A DNA stretch of 59,966 bases, counting the filler, from Asterionella formosa (taxonomy: Eukaryota): NCBI GenBank assembly GCA_002256025.1. It is 7 parts of 7 records of this genome, joined end to end, with 100 filler letters (N's around TTAATTAATTAA, not from the genome) between each part and the next. Parts side by side here need not be neighbours in the genome. Positions count along the whole stretch, not along the records: positions 42,956 to 51,412 come from NKIB01012173.1; positions 51,513 to 59,966 come from NKIB01012179.1; 5 more parts are not named here. One strand, given 5' to 3'. This document shows, piece by piece, positions 50,309 through 59,966 of this stretch; the first letter of the stretch is position 1, and each line of letters starts with the position of its first letter. A program made the translations under genes and the position numbers. The notes beneath the pieces are model-generated. The model ran no database searches. It worked only from the letters and a program-made list of their open reading frames with translations, and was not told where the DNA came from.

Positions 50309-50390
50309 TTACTGTACAAATTAACATGAATTATTTGAGAAAGTGAAATATTAGAAAGGGTGCAACAGCTCAAAAGGCAAGAAAATTTTG
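50309..50390. repeat. Dispersed repeat shared with ~8202-8280
   Basis: TTACT.TAC.AATTAAC...AGAAA.TGAAAT...GAAAGGG.GCAACA.CTCAAAA.GCAAGAAAAT occurs in two different contigs. Confidence 0.65.
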
Positions 50391-51178
50391 TGAGGGTGTA
50401 TCTTATAGAGAGGGTCACTTAGAAGGATATCCCAATTGGTGCTTCTCATGGTGGAGAAGAGTGTATCTGTTAGAGAGGGTGTATCCTGGCTTATAGGGCG
50501 GAGGTTCTACTGTATATTGAGTTGACCTATACCCATAAGCATGATGTGGATAGGGGGTCAAATGGTGAAAGCTCAGTATAGCGTTAGTTATACATTTTTA
50601 ACAAATTCATGAAGGATGCTGTGTGTTCGATTACCAGTATACTCTCAATCAATATTATTTCTGTAACCCTCATTTGTGTTCGCAGATACGGGTACCGGTA
50701 CTGGTTATCCTTTTGGGAATGATGTCATGATGATGTCGCGCTTGTTTTGGATGACATACGAGATCAAAGATTCGCTCCATAAGGTGGTGTTCCGTCATAA
50801 ATATGCATAGATATACAGCCAGGAGGTATATTCATACATACGATAGATACTTTCTGATGCCGGTTGACCGTCCTGATGGGGCTATAACAGGACGACCTAA
50901 GACTGTGCTGATCATCCTTCTCACACTTTGGAATACTACATAGGGTCGGCCCATGAGCAAACACATCACACATGCATCACATCATCAGGATACCGGGAGG
51001 CCAATCTTCTCGTATTTGTTGCTTTTTGATTCCAGAAGTTTGCCACAGCTATCGCTCATTGGCAACACAATACTATTCCTAATCACGCTCAGTACACTGG
51101 TAGTCTGTGTCTGCGAATGACATAGATTATTAGAACACCAGCAACAGTAAGGATTGAACAACGCACTGAACGACAAGG

Positions 51179-51412
51179 ATGATTTCGATTCGCGTCCACC
51201 TGAAGCTGCTCGCTCTTGCCTCTCTGGCATGCGGCGCTTCGCCCTTTGGCATTAGGCTGCCAACTGCCAGGGGCCACATGTCGCTTCTTGGCACTGTCAC
51301 TCAGCTGCAATCAATATCAACAGTCTCGTCCACATCTTCCATCACATTCGATGAAATGAAATCCCTCGAGCGACGCCTGGAGGCCATTGCAGTTTCTGCT
51401 CCCGCCTGTCTC
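51179..51412 (+). CDS. 5' fragment of a probable plastid-targeted protein
   Basis: Signal peptide MISIRVHLKLLALASLACG, then an ASPF (ASAF-type) cleavage motif and an S/T-rich transit peptide. The ORF runs into the spacer. Confidence 0.6.
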
Positions 51413-51512
51413 NNNNNNNNNNNNNNNNNNNNNNNNNNNNNNNNNNNNNNNNNNNNTTAATTAATTAANNNNNNNNNNNNNNNNNNNNNNNNNNNNNNNN
51501 NNNNNNNNNNNN

Positions 51513-52142
51513 ACACTCTTGTTTCCCAGAAAGGAGAGAAAGACATTGTACCCAATCTGGATGGAGTTGATGTACAACAATCTTTGAGCAGGAGGGACAA
51601 ATGCAAAGTTGATGGCTGTGAAAATGGGGTCATGGTTGTGTGAGTTTTTATATAATAATAAAATATTGGGTTGTAGACTATATATACCAGTAGTGCAAAT
51701 AACAGTGAAACTTACTGTGAGCGGGGACCCAAACAGCCCATGATCCCATCACAGCTGTCTTCAAATCAGCATTCAATTTCTTCTTATAATCATCAAATGA
51801 TTTTCCCTCCACAGCATTCAAATATCCAAAGAACATGAGTCCAAAGATAGGATTCCAAATTGTTTGATCAATGAGCACCTTGCTAGCAACAGTAATGGGT
51901 TTTGTGCCAGGAAGTTTGGAATCCAACATTCCATAGAAATAGTGCCCGGTCGTTCCATGAATGAGAAATCCAAAGGATCCCAATCTAACGGTACGCATGA
52001 CATCGTAGGGTTTGTCACCACCTTCCACAAACTTTTGGGCCAATATATCTCCAGCAGTAAATCCAGTCAAGGACGTGAGAGCCTTGGTCAAGAGAGGCTG
52101 AGCCTCAAGCAAGGCGTTGTATTTGGCCCAAATTCCAGACAT
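51513..52142 (-). CDS. Mpv17/PMP22 family membrane protein; 2 exons (52142-51716, 51615 to the gap)
   Basis: Contains PLLTKALTS...GDILAQ, KVLIDQTIWNP and WAVWVPAH|TINFAFVPPAQRLLYINSIQIGYNVFLS across a GTAAG...CAG intron at 51715-51616. Confidence 0.93.
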
Positions 52143-55100
52143 GATTGTTGTCGTTGCAGTTCTTTGAAAGTATCTACTTTTGTTTTGTGATGAGAATATT
52201 AAAAAAGAGAGAAAATGTAAGGGATGACAAAGAAAAATGGGAACCAAGTTTTAAAATGCAATTCAATCCAAATGAAAAACAACAAAAACAAATGAACGAC
52301 ACTGCGGAGCAACAAGTTGTATGCATTCCTAATTATGATTCTGGCCACAAATATTCTAGCCAGTGCATACTCAAATAGAAGCGTTAAATCTAGCGTTCCT
52401 TAGTAAGAGATAACTCATCATGCATTCCCTTGCGTCATGTATGCTGCCAATGAGCAACCGGCAAATCGAACCTCACGAGGGGCTCAAAATCCACACAATT
52501 ACCATTTACACAACTCATGAACTATTGCAAATTAGAATCAGATGGTTCCCTGTCGCAAATAGGAACGCAGGGGCGAGGAAGGATAGGAGAAAAACAAACT
52601 CACTAATACAATGTTCGGAAAGAGTGTTTTTAGGGAACACATTTCTTCCTGACAACGGGCGCTCGTTCCGGTTGGAGTATCAATTGTGCGTAAAGAGCTC
52701 TCTTCCTTTAATTGTCTTCTTTACAAAGAGCAATGCACAACAACAAAGTTAAACCACTTTCTGGAGAACACGACGCACGAGGGATGACGACGCTGACAGA
52801 TAGAGTATTAACAAACCTGAGTGCTGAGTTTTTTAATGAACGAAAATCTGCAAGAGCGAATCTTGTTGAAGTCAAAGATGAGACTACCTGGTAACTATCT
52901 TACCGGTACCGGTATATGATTACCATAAGAACTAAATTGTACGGAGTACCGGTACATACTACCGGTATCGTGTCATACATATTTCATTTATTACGTAGTA
53001 GATCGTGACGGAAGCAAATCAAGATGATGCTGGCGTTTGCTCCTTGTTCCTCTCCTCCGTTCCTTCCGGATCCTCTTCCGCCACCCAAAAAAATCTATAC
53101 TGCCTGTACTACCGCTGGTATCCCTTGTTTCGTCCTGCCTTTCTTCTGCTGGTCCACCGGGTACCACCTGGTAGCAAATTGCGGAAATGAGAAAATTAGC
53201 TTTGTTTTCCTTATACTGTACATAGTAAAAACCTTTACCACAACTCTGACCTCCTTTATCTCATGTAGTACCAGGTACCAGGTACCACAGGGTACTCCGA
53301 TAGCACTCCTACCGGTAGTTCGTAGATCTACTCTAAATACCAGCATAATATGATATACCGGTATTTATATAGCTGCAATAATGCCGGCATCTTATGTGTA
53401 TTCTAACTGGTACTACCTGGTACCGGTACCGTTGCTGAACCTGTACAACCAGCTACCTGGTACGTGGTACCTGGTACCTGATACAGAGAAGGATGGTATC
53501 GTGTGTCGTCCATGACATAAAAATTTGAAACTCACTTGCCGATAGACTACCAATAACGCGCTTTCTAAGAACACGGAGTTACACGTGGAATTTCATATGT
53601 CGTCTATGAAATAGTATGCAGGTACCTGTAAATATATATATATAACTTTATTTATTACCGGTAAGTGCCTTCGTGAGCCTGCATAAATATAAGCCTCCCA
53701 ATTTCACAGCTGTTGCTTGCTTTTCTAGTAACAGTAATGCACAACTAAAAACTAGTGACCTTATCATCGTTTCTACATTCAATTAAGTACAATTTCTTAA
53801 GTTCAATGCTGCTCATTTTGTTGTTCAATTTAAATTATGGCTGGATGCAGCACCCTTGGACTCAATGGCTGATTGTGTAGCCACAATACAAGGTCCAGTA
53901 TGCGCTTTTTTGGACTAGCTAAAGTAGGTATCAGAATTGATGCAAAAGGAAACTTGACATCATCTATCATCCTCATTCAAAGTCAAAGGCACATTGATGA
54001 GCTTCGACAAGGCAACCACAGGGCGGGGCCCATATTTGGAACAATATTGTAAAGTCTGCTGGTCAACTTGACCAGAATCAATAGGATGCTGGGGTAAGTC
54101 ATTAAGAACTGATGAGCATGCCATGCAAACTTTCGTAGTAGTATTTGAACTGTGGTGATATTCAGAAGGACTAATTATAGTTGGCACTGATTCATTACTC
54201 GTCCTCTTTTTCCATTTTTTGGTTGTTGTTCTTCCAATCCATTTGCATAATCCATGATGATAATTTCATGTTTAGAACTATTTGTTGACCATGGATTGGT
54301 CTGACTGCCTGGTAAAACAACAAGCCTTGTCAATAAACAATCTTGCTCCCACAATGAAACTTTCAACTGCGAAAAGAGGATATAAACGACTCCCAACTTG
54401 GTTGTAACAATGAAGAAATAGCAACATTTCCGATTTCTAAGGAATTCCTGTACACCTGCACTTGTTTGCCAATTGGAGTTGGGTACAGAACTCATGAGAG
54501 GAAGCACCTCATTAACCAACCTCATCATCAAAGCCAAATTCAACTGTACTGCATCCTCAATTGATTATTTCTGGTGCTTGTATATTCGCCATTGGTCTGA
54601 TGGTAGCCATCGGCAATGAAGTGCATGTTCATTTATGGCAGCCTTGAAAAAAGTCAATATTAAAAGCGAGTTTTCTTGTTTGCCAAGTGCAACAAAATTG
54701 ATTTGGCTCATGAGCGATGGCCACAATTGTCAGATATAGCTATCGGTGCATATCATAGACCTTCATTCATCTCAACCATGTTTGGGCAGGAAATATATGA
54801 GTCAGAGTCATATAGCTACTTGTTAACTTGTACTTAGGTTCATGCTTGTCTACACTTTTGACCTTGTTTGCTTAAGTCTCATGATCTCTCACCAGCAAGA
54901 ATTGAAATTCCTGCTGGTCCCACCTCAGATTCTGTATATTCCTACATCTGAGAAGTGAAATTGTACTTTATTACATCTCACAATCATGCCTGAAAATTTA
55001 TCATACTGATTTGATTGTTACAGACTTGGCTGATTTGCTCCCATTGAGGCAGGATGAATATGATATAACCTGGAACATCACCAGTAGGATTGTTGACACC

Positions 55101-55511
55101 ACATTGACATTAACCTTTTTATATGCAACCCTCCTTAGCAGCTTTTGCACCATATTCCAAGAGGGAATATTCCGTGCACCCTAAAATTACTATTCCTCTT
55201 GTTGAATTTACTTCTTAATGCCAATTATAGCTACATAGGTCCAGTATATTTGCGTGGTTGCAGTATTTGATTACCTGCACAATAATCCCATTTCCAAATA
55301 AATTAAATCCGGGGTTATATATAGCAACTGGCTCATGCTTAATTGTAATGGCTATTTTGTGCTATTCTTGAGTACAAAATCTTTTGTATTGATGGGTGAA
55401 ATCTGAAACACTGGTAAAGCAAACATGGGACACATGGATGATGGGTACATGAAAAGTACTACAGCTTAGACTTTCAAGGTCCTCCCCATCATTCAGCAAT
55501 TTGAATTCGTA

Positions 55512-56370
55512 TTAAGACATTGTCGTATTGTCCCACAACATCGTATCATGCCCAAGAAGTAATACATCTCTAGCTGCATTGGTAATATGTGCAAAGCGTT
55601 TCGGACCTAAAGGAATACCACCATACCATCGTGATACAACCACTAAAATACCCATTTCTTTTCTCATTTCTAATAATTGAGCCAATCGTGATCCAGCACA
55701 ATCTTCTCCATCATTGTCATTGTCATGTTTCAATACAGTCGTACCATTGGATAATGTTTCTGTCAGTCTCCAAGCAAACTGTATTTAAAAAAAGAATAAA
55801 TTCAGAGAAGAAAAACGACATTGAGGATTGCATGATATATAATGTCGACAGAATTGGATGCACGATGAACAGCAACGTACCATATTGTGATATGCCTTTT
55901 GTATTCTTCCATTTCCCTCCATCAATTGATCCAACGCTTGTCGAATATCTGCTTCTGTATGAACTTGACATGCATGTGCTTGAAATGTTGATTTTCGATC
56001 CGTAATGGAAATTCCAGAGATCCATTGAAATGTAGTATAGCTAGATTCTACTACTTGCGGATGTTGCTGCTCTTCTACTGCTGCTGCTGCAGCTGTCTGC
56101 TCATTCTCCTCAATATCGTTCCATGCCTCCAAGGCAGCAGCACAGCATGATAATCCACCTTCGCACTCATTTTCCCAACATTCTTGAGCGACATTCCGAA
56201 GGACGGTAACTACTCGTTCAATGCGATGTTTATTCTTATCTTGTGACCGATAGGAGACAATTTGCAAAGCTGATTTTGTAGGATATCCCGATGGGAATTC
56301 CACACATACGTGAGCAGTATCGGACAAGTGGAATTGGATAATAATCGATCCTGCCGCTGCTGCTGTAGGG
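55512..56370 (-). CDS. IMPACT: IMPACT/Yih1 family protein (RWD + UPF0029); 5' part lies in the N gap; intron 55880-55779
   Basis: RWD motif EFPSGYP, then ITDRKSTFQAH, AYHNM|FAWR, DNDNDGEDCAGSRL and VVVSRWYGGIPLGPKRFAHI. Confidence 0.88.
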
Positions 56371-57072
56371 NNNNNNNNNNNNNNNNNNNNNNNNNNNNNN
56401 NNNNNNNNNNNNNNNNNNNNNNNNNNNNNNNNNNNNNNNNNNNNNNNNNNNNNNNNNNNNNNNNNNNNNNNNNNNNNNNNNNNNNNNNNNNNNNNNNNNN
56501 NNNNNNNNNNNNNNNNNNNNNNNNNNNNNNNNNNNNNNNNNNNNNNNNNNNNNNNNNNNNNNNNNNNNNNNNNNNNNNNNNNNNNNNNNNNNNNNNNNNN
56601 NNNNNNNNNNNNNNNNNNNNNNNNNNNNNNNNNNNNNNNNNNNNNNNNNNNNNNNNNNNNNNNNNNNNNNNNNNNNNNNNNNNNNNNNNNNNNNNNNNNN
56701 NNNNNNNNNNNNNNNNNNNNNNNNNNNNNNNNNNNNNNNNNNNNNNNNNNNNNNNNNNNNNNNNNNNNNNNNNNNNNNNNNNNNNNNNNNNNNNNNNNNN
56801 NNNNNNNNNNNNNNNNNNNNNNNNNNNNNNNNNNNNNNNNNNNNNNNNNNNNNNNNNNNNNNNNNNNNNNNNNNNNNNNNNNNNNNNNNNNNNNNNNNNN
56901 NNNNNNNNNNNNNNNNNNNNNNNNNNNNNNNNNNNNNNNNNNNNNNNNNNNNNNNNNNNNNNNNNNNNNNNNNNNNNNNNNNNNNNNNNNNNNNNNNNNN
57001 NNNNNNNNNNNNNNNNNNNNNNNNNNNNNNNNNNNNNNNNNNNNNNNNNNNNNNNNNNNNNNNNNNNNNNNN

Positions 57073-59743
57073 GTCCTCTTGCGTCCGTCCCGTGTCGTGC
57101 TGTCTTCCATCCTCCACCAAAGTTTGGGATGATTGCAACCTCCCACTGAGTATTGTTGTGACGCCAATGGCTGATTATGAACGGGTGCACCGCAATCAAG
57201 GAGCCAGTAGCAATAGGTGTCCGCTCCTCAAGGATCTTCCCAAATGCCTTCATTGTGGTGCGCCACATCCCACTTCTACATCACAGCATGTCCTTGTCAG
57301 AGAACTGCTCTGTCATTTATGCGGAACCATGTGCAGTACACAATTCGTAGATCAAAGCGATGCACGGAAGGAGGAGCATTTAGAAGTGGATTGCTACTCG
57401 TCGTCGCCCATTCTGACAATGTCTGACAGAGGAAGCAATAGCAATTCTAATGCGACATTGGACTTTTCCATATCAAATCCGATTTCTGCCATGACATGTC
57501 CACCCATTTATTGGATCATTTTTGATGGGACTTGCACATCACGATTGTATTGGACTGTCGCAGCCAAAGCACTTGCTACCACTATAGAGTCAGCTCCATC
57601 GCATGTCCATGTTGGACTCTTGTTGGCCCAGAAGGACACCTTGTCCGTTTTGGATCTTACGTCACCTGCATGCCATATTCAAAACTACAACAAGGGCATA
57701 GAAACGAATACTATACCCTTGATTCCAGTACCTGTGGGGTTGTACAAATCTCACATGCTGTCAGCATTGAGGGCTATTGGGGACATGGGAACCATACTGG
57801 CCAACAATAATGGTGGATCCAATGCTGATTCCGTAATGTCACTCTCCATGCCAATCTCGTGTATCTTGAATGCATTGGAAGGGAAACTAATGGGAACTAA
57901 TGAGTCTGCTACTACAAAGTCTGCCAAATATGCAGGTGGACGGATTCTCTGTTTGTTAACGGACAAGGGAGTAATGATGGACCATCCGAAAGTCAATGAC
58001 CGTGGCTTTGGTCGTGGAGGTGTGGCTGGTGCATGTGCGGAAGTGGGACTGCGATACAGTACTGGAGATTATGAATCAGTGGACAGTACCACCGGTACAA
58101 CATCATCTACATGGGATGCAGAGGACCCAGAAATTGGTGCACCACCCACAAGTCATTTGGATAAAAACTCAGCACAGGATTCATCGTCCCTCGATGATGC
58201 ATCTGACTTGACACCAGAAAATCTTCACATCGTCTTTCCAAATTGTCTTCCTGGTACTGAAATTACATGGGATGCATTAGGACAACGATGCGCTCATGCA
58301 GCCCTAGGGGTTGACCTGTTAGTTCTGGCAGAATCAAACTATGCCCAAATTGGTTTAGCCATCCTTCAACCACTAGCACAACGAAGTGGAGCTCCAGGGC
58401 CTCTTCTATTCAATATCAACGAACCAACTGGACTGTTGGAATCAGAAATTCTTTCTAGAACTCCATGGCATCGTACAATTGCATTTGGAGGTTTGTTGCG
58501 CGTTAGACTCTCGCCTGGGTTTGAAGTAGACGACACTCCTCCCGAACGAGCAAGAGGGAAATTCCCTCAATTATCACCCGTTTATTTTCACAATGGACTT
58601 TATGGAGCTGCGTCGCCCACAAATTCCAAGGGTCTGTGGCAAATAGGATCATGTGACGACATGTCTACCATGTGCTTTGATATTAAGGTGTTGGATCATA
58701 AAATACAACGAGTTGCTCCGGTGTATGGTATGGGAGATGTGGCATTGAAACCTGTATGCCAAGTGTGTTTTGCGTATACGGCTGTCGTCAAGGACAAGGA
58801 TGATGACTATGTGACCGTCAGAAGGATGAGAGTCACAACTGTGTCGATGCCCTTGGTAGCGACGCCAGAGAGTATTTTTGAAAGGATAGATCCGGAAGCA
58901 CTCGTAGTGGTACTCGCTCATAAAATGGCGACAGAGGCATTTTCTCAAGGTCTTGCGGAGACGCAGGACATTGGGACCCAGTGGTTACAATCTATACTGG
59001 TGTGTGCCTATAAGTCGGCGGTAGCTTACGAAGCTTTCCAGAAAGAACAAACGGAACGAGGTATCTCTAATGGCGGGAATAGTCACTTTTATGTTACTGA
59101 ACGACTATTGAATCGAGAAGGCTCGTCCTTAACGAATGAAGAAATCTTATTAGGTCAAGGACACGAGCGACTGAAATTGATACCTCTCATGGTCTGGGCC
59201 TTGCTACAATCCGACGCATTTCGTCCTTCCTTTGGGTCGTTTAGGCCGTCCGTTGACGCTCGATGTGCAGCCATACTGCAACTATCCTCCATGTCACCCA
59301 CAGTACTTGCTAAAAGTGTGGCCCCCCGCTTGGAATTGTGGGATTCCACAGAAGCAATATCCGAGGTGGATCTTGCCTTGGAAAAGGTGACTATGCATGT
59401 TTTGGAACATCAGCAATCCGACGAACCCCTATTGCTCTTTTTGGATTCGCCGTCGGTTATACTGGTCTGCGATAGTCGACAACTGCATGCCAGCCCCAAC
59501 ATTTCGAAGCATTCAGCTGTAGTTGGCGAAAATCTTCACCACGCCATAAACATTGCCTGCAAGAGCTATAGAACTCCGCCTCCAATCACCTACGCATTGG
59601 ATTTTTCGAATTCCACAAACATGCTTTGGAAGGACTTTTTGGTGGAAGACGCAGTCGCTTTCAGTTCGAAGAGCAACTTTCCTGCTTGGAAGAAAGAAAT
59701 AGCAAGGCTTGTACAAGAAGAATTGTTTCAACAGGATAGTTAG
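57073..59743 (+). CDS. Divergent Sec23/Sec24-family COPII coat protein (start may lie in the N gap 56371-57072)
   Basis: Contains CVRPVSCCLP...LPLSIVVTPMA, zinc finger CLHC...CHLCG, trunk PPIYWIIFD...GGRIL...GVDL, beta-sandwich AFGGLLRVRLSPG and QVCFAYT...RRMRVTT, and helical LKLIPLMVWALLQS. Confidence 0.85.
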
Positions 59744-59966
59744 AGCAGCATATTTCTTATTCTCTAGCAGTATTCTATTACCATTTGTTTTTTCTCTTCA
59801 TAATAACACTGGAAAACTTTCGTGCTTCGCCATCGTCGTCTTAACTACCCCATTTGTTATCGACTTATTGGAGCATGTTCTTTCTACCAGCTACTTAATT
59901 TGTTACTACATTGGAAGGGCTTCAAATATTATACATATTAGTATATCCCATACTGTTGGGTTCAGC

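Noticed and set aside
53700..55400. Decayed MULE/SWIM-type transposase on the minus strand
   Set aside because: There are Cys-containing fragments (KVCMAC, YCSKYGPRP) but no identifiable DDE motif or TIRs.
56210..57268. Long ORFs spanning the N gap
   Set aside because: Their length is an artefact of translating Ns; only the IMPACT and Sec23/24 portions are supported.

Overview
Eukaryotic nuclear DNA, most likely from a diatom or related stramenopile. This is inferred from short GT-AG introns, a signal peptide plus ASPF bipartite plastid leader, and diatom-style bHLH and CDPK genes. The window is not one locus. It holds seven apparently unlinked ~8.5-kb segments, sorted by decreasing length and joined by 100-bp N/TTAATTAATTAA/N spacers, so adjacency across spacers carries no information. 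Host genes: DUF6817-like protein, DnaJ lacking the zinc finger, a membrane protein of unknown function, DYRK1, ORC3-like, LysM-UBA, bHLH, mu-type GST, CDPK, TM+TPR-like protein, a plastid-targeted fragment, Mpv17/PMP22, IMPACT and Sec23/24-like, plus a trypsin pseudogene. Intergenic DNA is rich in mobile elements: two ends of a young Copia family whose primer-binding position holds a palindrome; a Harbinger transposase; a TIR-bounded pogo element with a second convergent ORF; further pogo-like and Tc1-like relics; a Transib/RAG1-like relic; Kolobok-type TTAA elements; TA-MITEs; tRNA-Ala-derived copies; and a highly structured 303-bp insertion with a 12-bp TSD. Pervasive GGTACC/ACCGGT tracts look like accumulated excision footprints. 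All family assignments come from motif recognition by eye, without database searches.
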